In this document: in pieces, positions 1-12,457 of the stretch
How the letters are laid out: each line of letters opens with the position of its first letter
How positions within the stretch are numbered: position 1 is the first letter of the stretch
NCBI RefSeq assembly: GCF_000027325.1
Contig: NC_000908.2
Span: 90,001-122,000, forward strand
From: Mycoplasmoides genitalium G37
GTDB lineage: Bacteria; Bacillota_I; Bacilli_A; Mycoplasmatales; Mycoplasmoidaceae
Reading direction: 5' to 3'
Length of the DNA: 32,000 nt
The notes under the pieces: generated by a model
What the model saw: only the letters and a program-made list of their open reading frames with translations
Databases searched by the model: none
What the model was told of the DNA's origin: nothing
Program-made: the position numbers and the translations under genes

Positions 1-954
1 CGCTTTAACTTAGCAACTCCTGGTAGAGGTGGTAAGTTAATTACTAAAAAGGAATATTTAGCAGCAAAAGCAGCTCAAAAAACTGATCAAACTACTAACA
101 CTAACTTTAATCAAACCCAAATTGAAGCTGGTATGTTACTAAGAGCTTATGGTGGAAGTGAAAACATTGCTGAATTAGGGGCTTGCATTACTAAATTAAG
201 AGTAACAGTTAAAAACCCTGAACTTGTTAATGAAACTATTATTAAAGACTTGGGAGCAGCTGGGGTAATGCGTACCACTCCAACATTCTTTGTAGCAGTG
301 TTTGGTACTCGAGCTGCTGTTTATAAATCAGCAATGCAAGATATTATCCAAGGCAAAGTAAATTGAACAGAGTTGCAAAAAGTCTTAGATAAAAATGATA
401 GTACTGTTGAAAAACCAGAAATAAAACCAACCCCAGTTTTAAAAGTTCAAGATGAAATTGTGATCCTCTCACCAGTTAATGGCACCTTAAAACCGCTCAC
501 CCAAGTTCCTGATGATACCTTCAAAAATCGTTTGGTAGGAGATGGAATTGCTATCTTACCTAGCGATGGGCACTTCAAAGCACCAGGTGATGTGGGTGTG
601 AAAACTGAACTTGCTTTCCCTACTGGTCATGCCTTTATCTTTGATGTTGATGGTGTGAAAGTAATGCTTCACATTGGGATTGATACAGTAAAAATTAATG
701 CTGATAAAAAACCAGGGGAACAACTTGAAGTGTTTGATGTAAAAACAAAACAAGGAGAATACACTAAATTAAAGAGTGAAAGTGTTGTTGAAGTTGATTT
801 AAAGAAACTTAAACGAAAGTATGATCCAATCACTCCTTTCATTGTGATGCAAGAATCACTTGATAACTTCAAGTTGGTGCCAATTCGCCAACGTGGTGAA
901 ATTAAAGTTGGCCAACCTTTATTTAAACTAATTTATAAAGATAAGAAGAGTTAA
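1..954 (+). CDS. ptsG: PTS glucose-type transporter EIICBA, 3' part (IIB and IIA domains); truncated by window start
   Basis: Frame 1 is open from base 1 to TAA 952-954, with a TGA (Trp) at 364-366 that splits the track ORFs 133..366 and 373..954. IIB phosphocysteine motif 'ELGACITKLRVTVKN..LGAAGVM'; IIA 'HAFIFDVDGVKVMLHIGIDTV' active-site region. Confidence 0.95.
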
Positions 955-974
955 TCAATAAAACTCGATAATAA

Positions 975-1010
975 CTAAAAGCCATAAAACCTTGGTTTTG
1001 TGGTTTTTAG
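975..1010 (+). terminator. Long near-perfect hairpin after ptsG (possible terminator or processing site, no strong U-tract)
   Basis: CTAAAAGCCATAAAACC (975-991) / TT loop / GGTTTTGTGGTTTTTAG (994-1010): 17-bp stem with two G-U type pairs. Followed by CTTGTTTA, not a T run. Confidence 0.5.
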
Positions 1011-1064
1011 CTTGTTTATAACAATATTATTGCAGTTTTACTGCATAATGTAAAATTACACAGC

Positions 1065-1919
1065 ATGTCAGATACAAATACTGAAAAACCTGAGTTAGTT
1101 TCCCTTAATAAGTTAAGTGAGATGCGCACTAACATCGGGATGGTTAAACGTTATTGAAACCCAAAGATGGGATTCTTTATCGAACCTGAACGTAAGCATA
1201 ATAACGATTTATTGAAGCTTGATCTACAGTACCAAGCGTTAAAAACTGCTTATAACTTCATTAAGGATGTTGTTAAAAATCACGGACAAATCCTTTTTGT
1301 TGGAACAAAGAATGATTATGTTAAAAAACTGGTAATTGATATTGCTAAAAGAGTTAATGTTGCATATATTACCCAGCGCTGATTAGGTGGTACTTTAACT
1401 AACTTTAAAACCCTTTCTATCTCAATTAACAAACTCAATAAATTAGTTGAACAGCAAAAGCAAAATGCAAATGATCTAACCAAGAAAGAAAACCTGTTAC
1501 TTTCAAGAGAGATTGAAAGACTTGAAAAGTTCTTTGGTGGGGTCAAAAATTTAAAAAGACTTCCTAATCTAATAGTTATAGATGATCCTGTTTATGAAAA
1601 AAATGCAGTTTTAGAAGCAAACAGCTTAAAAATCCCTGTTGTGGCACTATGCAACACCAACACCAATCCAGAGCTAGTTGACTTTATTATTCCAGCTAAT
1701 AACCACCAACCCCAAAGTACTTGTTTATTGATGAATTTACTAGCAGATGCGATAGCAGAAGCGAAGGGTTTTGAAACCTTGTATGCTTACAAACCAGATG
1801 AACAGATCCAAATTGAAATTCCTCCCAAACAAGAACGCCAAGTTATTAACCGTTCCAATACCAGAAACATCACTAACCAGCGCTTAAACATTAACCGTCA
1901 ACAACAAGAAACTTTATAG
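1065..1919 (+). CDS. rpsB: 30S ribosomal protein S2
   Basis: ATG at 1065, TAG at 1917-1919, 284 aa with TGA=Trp at 1155 and 1380. Typical S2 sequence 'MRTNIGMVKRYWNPKMGFFI..LDLQYQALKTAYNFIKD..ILFVGTKNDYVKKLV..WLGGTLTN' and 'ANSLKIPVVALCNTNTNPELVDFIIPANN'. Confidence 0.95.
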
Positions 1920-1923
1920 AGCA

Positions 1924-4548
1924 GTGAACAGTTGAACAGGACTTAGTGAACAAGCGGCAATTAAAAGTCGTCAAGAACATGGTGCTAATTTTCTTCCTGA
2001 GAAAAAAGCTACCCCTTTTTGGTTGTTATTTCTTCAACAATTTAAAAGTTTAGTTGTTATTCTTTTACTGCTAGCTAGCTTGTTATCGTTTGTAGTTGCT
2101 ATTGTCAGTGGTTTGAGAAGTAACTGAAACTTTAACCATGATCTGATTATTGAATGGGTTCAACCTTTTATTATCTTATTAACTGTTTTTGCCAATTCAC
2201 TAATTGGTTCTATCCAGGAATTTAAAGCCCAGAAATCTGCTAGTGCTTTAAAGTCCTTGACAAAGTCTTTCACAAGGGTTTTTAGGAATGGTGAATTAAT
2301 TAGCATTAATGTTAGTGAAGTTGTTGTAGGAGATATTATTTTTGTTGATGCAGGAGATATTATCCCTGCTGATGGCAAATTACTACAGGTTAATAACTTA
2401 CGTTGTTTGGAAAGCTTTTTAACTGGTGAATCAACTCCAGTTGATAAGACTATTGATAGCAATGAAAAAGCTACTATTCTTGAACAGACAAACTTAGTTT
2501 TTTCAGGGGCACAAGTAGTTTATGGTAGTGGCGTTTTTCAAGTGGAAGCAGTTGGGATTAAAACCCAAGTTGGAAAAATTGCTAAAACTGTTGATGATAG
2601 TGTAACTAAACTCTCACCCTTACAACAAAAACTAGAGAAGATAGGAAAGTGATTTAGTTGGTTTGGGCTTGGTCTTTTTGCTGTAGTTTTTCTTGTCCAA
2701 ACTGCTTTATTAGGATTTGATAATTTCACTAATAACTGATCAATAGCTTTAATTGGTGCTATTGCGCTTGTTGTTGCAATTATCCCTGAAGGGCTTGTTA
2801 CTTTTATTAATGTGATCTTTGCATTAAGTGTGCAGAAACTAACTAAGCAAAAAGCCATTATTAAGTATTTATCAGTAATTGAAACACTTGGATCAGTACA
2901 AATTATCTGTACTGATAAAACTGGTACTTTAACCCAAAACCAGATGAAAGTTGTCGATCACTTCTGTTTTAATTCAACAACCCAAACTGATCTAGCAAGA
3001 GCATTGTGCTTGTGTAATAATGCTTCTATTTCCAAAGATGCTAATAAAACAGGTGATCCTACTGAAATTGCTCTCTTGGAATGAAAAGATCGCAGTCAAT
3101 TAGATTTAAAAACCTATTACAGGGTTTATGAAAAAGCCTTTGATTCAATCAGAAAACTTATGACAGTTGTTGTTCAAAAAGACAACCGCTTCATTGTGAT
3201 TGTTAAAGGTGCTCCTGATGTGTTATTACCATTATGTAATAACGTTCAAAATGAAGTAAAGAACATTGAAAACTTACTTGATCAAAGTGCTGGTCAAGGC
3301 TTGCGTACCTTAGCAGTTGCTTTAAAGGTTTTATATAAGTTTGATCAAAACGATCAGAAGCAAATTGATGAACTTGAAAACAACCTTGAATTCCTTGGGT
3401 TTGTTAGTTTACAAGACCCACCAAGAAAAGAAAGTAAGGAAGCGATTTTAGCGTGCAAGAAAGCTAATATAACCCCAATAATGATTACAGGGGATCATCT
3501 TAAAACTGCAACTGTAATTGCTAAAGAGTTAGGCATTTTAACTTTAGATAATCAAGCAGTTTTAGGTAGCGAACTAGATGAAAAGAAGATCTTGGATTAC
3601 AGGGTATTTGCTAGAGTAACTCCCCAACAAAAATTAGCCATTGTTAGTGCTTGAAAAGAAGCGGGATTTACAGTTAGTGTTACTGGTGATGGGGTGAATG
3701 ACGCACCTGCATTAATCAAGAGTGATGTAGGGTGTTGTATGGGGATTACTGGGGTTGATATTGCAAAAGATGCTAGTGATCTGATTATTAGTGATGATAA
3801 TTTCGCTACTATAGTAAATGGTATTGAGGAGGGTAGAAAAACTTTTTTAACTTGTAAACGAGTTTTATTAAACCTGTTTTTAACTTCAATTGCAGGAACA
3901 GTTGTAGTTTTATTAGGACTATTCATCTTAGGACAAGTTTTTAAAACTAATTTATTACAACAAGGTCATGACTTTCAGGTGTTTAGTCCTACCCAACTGC
4001 TAATTATTAACTTGTTTGTTCATGGTTTTCCTGCTGTTGCATTAGCAGTACAACCTGTTAAAGAAAAATTGATGGTAGGTAGTTTTTCTACTAAAAATCT
4101 GTTTTACAACCGCCAGGGATTTGATTTAATCTGACAATCACTATTCTTAAGCTTTTTAACTTTATTGTTCTATAGCTTAGGAATTATATATGCAATTAAT
4201 AACCGTGATTTACAAACTAGCGGGGATCTAATTAATCGTGCTGGATCAACGTGCGGTTTTTTTATTTTGGGTGCTAGTGCTGCTTTAAACTCATTAAACC
4301 TAATGGTAGATAAACCATTGCTTATGACAAACCCTTGGTTTTTTAAGTTAGTTTGAATAGGTTCACTTGCTTCTATACTGGTATTTTTATTGATCATCTT
4401 TATCAACCCTTTAGGGTTAGTGTTTAATGTCTTGCAAGATTTAACTAATCACCCAGTTTTAATAAGCTATAGTTTTGGGGGAGTTATTTTGTATATGGGG
4501 ATGAATGAAGTTGTTAAACTTATTAGATTAGGTTATGGCAATATTTAA
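1924..4548 (+). CDS. P-type cation-transporting ATPase (P2 / Ca-ATPase-like)
   Basis: One frame from GTG 1924 to TAA 4546-4548 (874 aa) after merging five track ORFs across TGA codons. Motifs: phosphorylation site [15 protein letters not shown], '[10 protein letters not shown]', '[18 protein letters not shown]'. GTG is the only plausible start after the upstream stop. Confidence 0.93.
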
Positions 4549-6955
4549 CTTCCTTAAGTTAATTTCACCCAAAAACAGAATTCTCAGTAAGGCAAATAGG
4601 ATTGCCAGTGAGGTTGAGAGTTATAAAAACTACTACCGTAACTTAACTGATCAACAGTTATTTGAAGAGTCAAATAAACTAGTTGATCTTGTCACTAAGC
4701 AAAATTACACCATTCTAGATGTTTGTGTTGCTGCACTTGCTTTAATTAGAGAAGTGGTTTACCGTGAGACTGGTGAATTTGCATATAGGGTGCAGATCAT
4801 AGGAGCTTTTATTGTTTTAAGTGGTGATTTTGCTGAGATGATGACTGGTGAAGGTAAGACCTTAACCATTGTTTTAGCAGCATACGTTTCTGCACTTGAA
4901 AAGCGTGGTGTGCATGTTGTTACTGTTAATGAATATCTAGCTCAAAGGGATGCTAATAATGCAATGAAGATCTTAAAACGGGTTGGGATGAGTGTCGGTT
5001 GTAACTTTGCTAATCTCTCCCCTCAGCTAAAACAAGCTGCATTTAATTGCGATGTTACCTACACCACTAACAGTGAACTGGGGTTTGATTATCTTAGAGA
5101 TAACATGGTCCACAGTTATCAAGATAAGAAGATCAGAGAGTTGCACTTTGCAATAGTTGATGAAGGTGATTCAGTTTTAATTGATGAGGCGCGAACGCCT
5201 TTAATTATTTCAGGTCCTAGTAAAAATGAGTTTGGGTTATATGTTGCAGTTGATCGATTTGTTAAATCATTAACTGAACAGGAGTTTAAGATTGACCCTG
5301 AATCACGTGCTGCTTCTTTAACTGAACTTGGGATTAAAAAAGCAGAGCAAACATTTAAAAAAGAAAACCTTTTTGCTTTGGAAAACAGTGATCTTTTTCA
5401 CAAGATCATGAATGGTTTGACTGCTGTGAAAGTTTTTGAACAGGGCAAAGAGTACATTGTTCGTGATGGCAAGGTTTTAATTGTTGATCACTTTACAGGT
5501 AGGATATTGGAAGGGAGAAGTTACAGTAATGGCTTACAACAAGCTGTACAAGCCAAAGAATATGTTGAGATAGAACCTGAAAATGTGATAGTAGCTACCA
5601 TTACCTACCAATCCTTCTTTAGGCTATACAACCGCTTAGCAGCAGTATCAGGTACTGCTTTAACTGAATCAGAGGAGTTTCTCAAGATTTATAACATGGT
5701 TGTAGTACCAGTGCCAACTAACCGTCCTAACATCAGAAAAGACCGTTCTGATAGTGTATTTGGTACCCCACAAATTAAGTGAATGGCAGTTGTTAAAGAG
5801 ATAAAAAAGATCCATGAAACTTCTCGACCTATTCTGATTGGAACTGCTAACATAGATGATTCTGAACTCTTACATAATCTGTTACTAGAAGCTAATATTC
5901 CCCATGAGGTTTTAAATGCTAAAAACCATTCAAGAGAAGCGGAGATAGTAACTAAAGCAGGACAGAAGAATGCAGTTACTATTTCAACTAACATGGCTGG
6001 AAGAGGAACTGATATCCGTTTAGGTGAAGGGGTTGCTGAAATGGGTGGTCTTTATGTATTGGGAACTGAAAGAAATGAGTCAAGAAGGATTGATAACCAA
6101 CTAAGAGGGAGAGCTGCTAGACAAGGTGATAAAGGGGAAACTAAGTTCTTTATCTCACTAGGTGATTCATTGTTTAAACGTTTTGCTCATGACAAGATTG
6201 AAAGAGCGATTAGCAAATTAGGTAATGAAACATTTGACAGTGCCTTCTTTTCCAAAATGTTAAGTAGAACCCAAAAACGGGTGGAAGCAATTAACTTTGA
6301 CACTAGAAAAAACCTGATTGATTATGACCATGTTCTTGCAAGTCAAAGGGAATTGATTTACAAACAACGTGATAAGTTTTTATTAGCAAACGATTTAAGT
6401 GAAATGATCGACAAAATGCTAGAAAAGTTTGTACAACAGTTTTGTGATCAATATAGAAACCAAAAGAACCAAAACTTAATTAATCACATTGCACTAGCAG
6501 AAGCTTTAAATCTTGAGATGAACATGCAAAACACCATTAATCCAAAGGTGTTTGAAAACATGACTTTTGATGTTGCTGTTGATAAAACCCGTAACTTAGT
6601 AGCTAAAAAGATTAGTGATAAAGTTAATGTTTTGACCAAACCAATTGCTTTAAACAGGTTTCGTGACATTATCATAACTTCGATGGATAAACATTGAACT
6701 GAACACTTGGATAGTGTTTTTAAGTTAAGAGAAGGGGTTGTACTTCGTTCTATGGAACATACGAGTCCTTTAAATGTTTACATTAAAGAAACAGATATCC
6801 TTTTTAAAACAATGTTGCAAAAGATTGCTCAAGATGTCATTGTGCAAATTGCTAACCTCACAACTCCAGATGAATTTGATCATAGCTTAATGCAAGCCAA
6901 TGCTTTAAAGAAACTAGCAGCAATTAAAGCAGATGAAAAATCAAACCAAGAGTAA
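4535..6955 (+). CDS. secA: Preprotein translocase ATPase SecA
   Basis: ATG 4535 to TAA 6955, 806 aa, TGA=Trp at 5780 and 6695 (and none needed elsewhere). 'MMTGEGKTLTIVLAAYVSAL', 'VHVVTVNEYLAQRDA', 'VDEGDSVLIDEARTPLIISG', 'ISTNMAGRGTDIRLGEGV'. Confidence 0.97.
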
Positions 6956-8903
6956 TAGTTTATTTCAACTTTCCACTAACTATATACCTACTGGTGATCA
7001 ACCTGAAGCAATTAAGAAATTATCAGAATTTAAAACTAAGCAGCAGGTTTTATTGGGGGCCACAGGCACAGGTAAAACCTTTACAATTGCTAATGTAATT
7101 CAAAACAGCCAACTCCCAACAGTTGTTATTGCTCATAACAAAACCCTAGCAGGTCAACTCTTCAATGAATTAAAGCAACTGTTTCCTAAAAATGCAGTTG
7201 AATATTTTATCTCTTACTTTGATTTTTATCAACCTGAAGCTTACTTACCCAGTAAAGGGATCTACATTGAAAAAAGTGCTACAGTCAATGAAGCGATTAA
7301 ACGCTTAAGAGTCTCAACACTGCATTCACTTTCAACAAGAAAAGATGTTATTGTAGTAGGTTCTGTTGCTAGTATTTATCCCACCTCATCTCCCAGTGAT
7401 TTTGTTAAGTATTGCTTGTGGTTTGTGGTTGGCAAAGATTATGATTTGAAAACCATTAAAGATAGGTTAGTTAGTCTTAACTATGTTGTTAATAAACAAC
7501 AATTAACCCCAGGAAAATTTCGCTTTCAGGGTGATGTTTTGGAGGTATTTCCTGGTTACAGTGATGCTTTTGTGATCAGAATCTCCTTTTTTGATACTAA
7601 AGTAGAACAAATTTGTCAAATTGACCCACTAACAAATAAGATTTTAAACCAACTCTTTGAGATTAAGATAGGTCCTGCTGATGAATATGTTGTAAACCAA
7701 TCTGATCTTGATATAGCAATTAAAAATATTAAACAAGAACTTCAGGAACGAGTTAATTATTTCAATAAGCAAAATCTTGTTGAAAGAGCACAACGTTTAG
7801 CCACCATTACTAACCATGATCTCAATGATCTGAAGGCTTGGGGATTTTGTAGTGGAGTTGAAAACTATGCTAGACACTTAGAGTTGAGGATGGCTAACTC
7901 AACCCCTTACAGTATCTTTGATTATTTTAAGGGGGATTGGTTACTGGTTATTGATGAATCACACCAAACTTTACCGCAACTTAATGGGATGTATAACACT
8001 GATCTTTCAAGAAAGCAAAGCTTAATTGATTATGGTTTTCGACTCCCCTCTGCACTTGATAACAGACCGCTCTCATTTGCTGAATTACAACAAAAAATGC
8101 AAAAAGTTATTTATGTTTCAGCAACTCCAAGAGATAAAGAGATTAGTTTAAGTCAGAATAATGTCATTGAACAGTTAGTTAGACCAACTTACTTGGTTGA
8201 TCCTATTATCGTTGTTAAACCAAAAGATAACCAGGTGGAGGATCTCATTGAAGAGATTATCAACCAACGCCAAAACAACACAAGAACATTTGTTACTGTT
8301 TTAACTATTAAGATGGCTGAAAACCTCACTGAATACTTAAAGGAACGCAAAATTAAAGTTGCCTATATCCATAAGGACATTAAAGCATTGGAACGTTTAT
8401 TGTTAATTAATGACCTGAGAAGAGGTGAATATGAGTGTTTAGTTGGGATTAACCTTTTAAGAGAAGGGTTAGATGTCCCTGAAGTTGCTTTAGTTTGTAT
8501 CTTTGATGCAGATATCCCAGGACTACCTAGGGATGAGAGAAGTTTAATCCAGATTATTGGACGTGCTGCTAGAAATGAACATGGTCGAGTTGTTATGTAT
8601 GCTAACCATGTTACTGAACAGATGCAAAAAGCCATTGATGAAACCAAAAGAAGAAGAACTGTTCAAATGGAATATAACAAGCTACATAATAAGACACCAA
8701 AAACAGTTGTTAAACCCCTTACCTTTGTTCAACCAATCAAATTAAAAGCTAAGAGTAATGCAGAAAAAAATGCTGCATTAATCAAACAATTAACCAAAGA
8801 AATGAAGAAAGCAGCAGCTAATCAAAATTATGAACTTGCCATTGAGATTAGAGATTCCATATTTGAATTGGAAAAAGAAATTGGTAGTAAAATTAAAGTA
8901 TAG
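6933..8903 (+). CDS. uvrB: Excinuclease ABC subunit B
   Basis: 656 aa ORF; 'TGDQPEAIKKLSEF..LLGATGTGKTFTIANVI', 'VEYFISYFDFYQPEAYLPSKGIYIEKSATVNE', beta-hairpin region, 'LLREGLDVPEVALVCIFDADIPGLPRDERSLIQIIGRAARN', C-terminal UVR motif. Confidence 0.98.
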   Translation: MKNQTKSNSLFQLSTNYIPTGDQPEAIKKLSEFKTKQQVLLGATGTGKTFTIANVIQNSQLPTVVIAHNKTLAGQLFNELKQLFPKNAVEYFISYFDFYQPEAYLPSKGIYIEKSATVNEAIKRLRVSTLHSLSTRKDVIVVGSVASIYPTSSPSDFVKYCLWFVVGKDYDLKTIKDRLVSLNYVVNKQQLTPGKFRFQGDVLEVFPGYSDAFVIRISFFDTKVEQICQIDPLTNKILNQLFEIKIGPADEYVVNQSDLDIAIKNIKQELQERVNYFNKQNLVERAQRLATITNHDLNDLKAWGFCSGVENYARHLELRMANSTPYSIFDYFKGDWLLVIDESHQTLPQLNGMYNTDLSRKQSLIDYGFRLPSALDNRPLSFAELQQKMQKVIYVSATPRDKEISLSQNNVIEQLVRPTYLVDPIIVVKPKDNQVEDLIEEIINQRQNNTRTFVTVLTIKMAENLTEYLKERKIKVAYIHKDIKALERLLLINDLRRGEYECLVGINLLREGLDVPEVALVCIFDADIPGLPRDERSLIQIIGRAARNEHGRVVMYANHVTEQMQKAIDETKRRRTVQMEYNKLHNKTPKTVVKPLTFVQPIKLKAKSNAEKNAALIKQLTKEMKKAAANQNYELAIEIRDSIFELEKEIGSKIKV

Positions 8904-8905
8904 CA

Positions 8906-9319
8906 ATGCGACAGTTTATTAAGCTTAGCCTCTTAGTCTTTGTCTTGCTTTTCTTAAGTGAACTTATCTGTAGGTTCTCTTTACGCTTAGTAAATTCTAT
9001 TAAAGCGAGATATAAATCTTCAGTATTTTCCTACACTGCTTGTTTGCTATTTTTAAAGAGTTTTCAAAACTTTTCTAATGCTTTTCAGAAGTTAGCTAAC
9101 TGGGTATTTTGATTTGAAAATGATGTTAATGAACTGTTATCTATCTTTTACTTTAACTTTGATCAGAAGAGTGAAAAAGTAGATTACAACTTCTTTAATG
9201 GTTATAAAGTTACTGCTCAAAAAGTAGTTGAAAAAGAACAGTTATTAACTTGTAAGTTAAGTGATTACTACCGTTTATTTAGAGATAAAACCTTTTGATT
9301 TGAACTTATCAACAACTAA
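8906..9319 (+). CDS. Conserved hypothetical protein with N-terminal hydrophobic segment
   Basis: ATG 8906 to TAA 9317-9319 (137 aa) through TGA codons at 9110 and 9296. Starts 2 nt after the uvrB stop; N-terminus MRQFIKLSLLVFVLLFLSELI predicted to be membrane-inserted. Confidence 0.8.
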
Positions 9320-9382
9320 TAAGATCCTTATTGGCTGTTTAAGTTTGCTCTCTTTATAAATTCATAACTTTTCTCTTAACAT

Positions 9383-12300
9383 ATGAAATTAAGTACAATA
9401 ACTACTATCTGCTTGTCAATATCTGGTGCTTTTGGTACTACTGCAATTGCTTTACCAACTACAGTAGCATTGTTAAAAAACCACCAACAGCAAAACACTG
9501 AAAAACAACAAAACCCGATTAAAGATATCCGCTTTGGTTTAAACAATGTACAGGTTCCAAATACCATTCCGTTACACCAAACTGTGGTTGAAGTGACCAA
9601 CAACAAAGCAATTGTTGATTACAAAGATGCACCCCAAAAATTCTTTTTAGCTAAAAGTGCGTTAAATAATAAACTCCAAGTTGAGTTTGATAAGTTCTTG
9701 TTAAGAACAGGAGTGATTAATGCTTTAAATGCAGATTTGAAAGAATGGATAGACCAAACATTATTTATCCCCAATCAAAGTTTTTTTGATCTTAGTGCTA
9801 ATAAACTCAATTTAACTTTGTCAAATCAAAGCGAAGTGAGTTTAGATCTTGAGTTTATTTTTACTAACTTTAGTGATAAAAATCAACCATTAAAACTCCC
9901 CTTTGATGGTAGTGTGGTGGTTAATGCTAACGAGTCATACACCTATTCAGTTAAAGCAACACTACAGAAACTAAAAGTATTGACTTATTCAAGAGCAGAT
10001 CATTCTGTAGGGATTAGTTATGCAATACCAACAGTGAGTTTAAATGGCAAAACTCAAAATGACTTTAGTTTTAACCCCTTTAAAAGTAATATTAACTTTG
10101 CTTTCAAAAATGTCTACAATGCTTTAAATCCGTTTGAAGCACAACAATACCTGGTTGGCCAAGGTAAGTTTTTAAACCAAAAAGTTAATGCTGATGATGT
10201 TAAAAATGACATTAATAATCACATTGAAACCCAGTTTAATGTTGCTAAAATCACAGCAACTCTTTTAGGAAAAGCTTTTAAGCAGTTTGGTGAACATAAA
10301 AATGGTCAACCACTTTCACTTTTAAAAGTACTAAGTGGATTAAACAATGAGTTTAAACAACTCTTTAATTATGTCAGACCTGGTTTAGGTGATTTTGTTA
10401 GTGATTTAATCCAAAGCTCCAGTCAATCAAGTAATAAAAAAACTGTTTACCAGCTATTATTTGAAAACAAGACAACAATTATCCACTTGTTGCAAGATCT
10501 TAATATTAGTGAACTGAACTCTGTTTTACCAGTTGTTGATATTTTGTTTGAAGGGATTAACAGTGCAGAATCACTATACCAAAGGATCCAATCATTTAAG
10601 GATTTAATTGTTCCTGCTTTAAAAGCTGATAAGCAACTTAAGAGCTTAGAAGCGATTATTTTAGCAGTTTTAGACAATCCTAATACCTATGTTTTTGATC
10701 TTGTTTACCAAAACAAATCGATTCTGTTTAATTTGTTAAGTGATTTTCTTAAAAACACCGCAAACACTTTACCATTTCTTCAAGAACAGTTTGATATTGT
10801 TAACCACTTATTTGCCAATGAAGCGATCTTTGATCTGTTTTCCAATGCTGACTTTGTTGAGAAGATTGCTGATCTTTTTTTAGCAAAACAAAAGGTACAA
10901 GAAGTTAATAATGATGGAACTAAATCAACAAAAATTGTTGATTCGATTTTAGTTGCTACCCTTAAGGGTTTAGTTGGTGATCAGCTCAGTTCAATCACTG
11001 AACTGTTAAACATCTATATCTTTGAAAATGAATTTTTAAACAGAAATGATAGTAATAGTTCAGTTAAAAAACAACAAACTGATAGTCTAAAAAATCTGTT
11101 TAGCGTAATTGGTGATATTTTAAGTGAGACCAATGTTAACAAGATCACTTTACACGCAGTTAAAAATAATGAACTTCTTTCGTTAGTTGAAACAGCTTCA
11201 ACACTAAAAATTAAACATCTTAATGTTCAATACAAAGTTTTAGTTGATAAGTTTGAATTGAAAAACAGTTTCATTAAGGAACTATTAAATTTTTTCCCAG
11301 ATACTAAAGATATCACCCCAACTATTAAAAAGGTACTGTTTGAAAGTGAAAATTATAAAACACTCCGTAAGAAGTATGAAAATGAAGGGTTCCCAGGTTA
11401 TCACTGGGCTAAGTTCATTGTCCCAGGTACCTTCAATTCTGCTGAAAACACTTTCTATTCTGCTATTGATAAAACTAAATCAATTCGCGATCTGTTTGCT
11501 GACATGTTATTTGGTAAGAGTTTAGAGAGTGTTAATGACAGTGATAGTTTTATCAAAATTAATGGTTCATTTACATTAAAGTACCACGGTGATAACTTAA
11601 ATTTACTCCCTAACTACCACTCATTAATCACTAAGAATGTTGGTTATCAAATAGTTAATGTTAATTTTCATATTGATGCAAGATTGCTAACTGCAGAACT
11701 ACAAAACACGGTATTTTCAAATCCAAAACCAGTTATTAAATCACCTGTTGAACTCTCCAAATCCTTATTTGAAGTTTGAAAGACTATCTTTGAAAACTCA
11801 GTTAACCAAATCTTAAAAAAAGAATATACTTTCAAAGATAATCTAAAGTTCTTTCCTTTTAAAGCTGATGGCTCCTCGCGCTTAGAATTTGATCTATCAA
11901 AACCTGATCAACGTGTTATTCCTTTTGCTTTTGTTGATGGTTATCAATTCCAACTAAAAAAAGAGTTAATTCCTAACAAAGAAACAAAAAAAGAAGCTAA
12001 TTCTTCACCAGTTTTAAAGCTTTATGATGCAGTTAAAAGAAACGATAGACAATATCGTCCTAATCACCACCATGATGATCTGAGAAACTATCCTAGCCTT
12101 AAATCTCAACTAGAACTTATATTAAACCTTGGTGATAAGCTTAAAGCTAATAATGATTTTATAGATGACACTGTTGTTAATGCTTTGCAATATAAAACTA
12201 GTTTTAAATCTACTCTAAAAGTTAACAGTTTAGGAATTCCTATTAACCTTTTCTTTTTCACATTGTGACTTAAATTTAACTTAGAAATTCCAATTGACGG

Positions 12301-12457
12301 TTCATTAACATTAACATCCGTTAATGTTGTTTTCCCATACAGTTTGTATGATACTAGTTCAAATGAATTTACAAGGATAGTCGATCGCTTAAATTTCACT
12401 GATACCAACTTCTATCTAAAAGATGCATTTCCTAATTTCTGGTTTGTTGGTTTCTAG
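9383..12457 (+). CDS. P116-like (116 kDa) surface antigen, 1024 aa
   Basis: ATG 9383 to TAG 12455-12457 through TGA codons at 11777 and within the '..FFTLW(tga)LKFN..' region. N-terminal hydrophobic segment [25 protein letters not shown] followed by a large hydrophilic ectodomain. Size and position upstream of opp match the M. pneumoniae P116 / M. genitalium MG075 family. Confidence 0.85.

Noticed and set aside
8557-8745. Plus-strand 62-aa ORF within uvrB, and 24647..24829 within rpsG
   Set aside because: Out-of-frame overlaps inside highly conserved genes, with no independent start context or homology signal.
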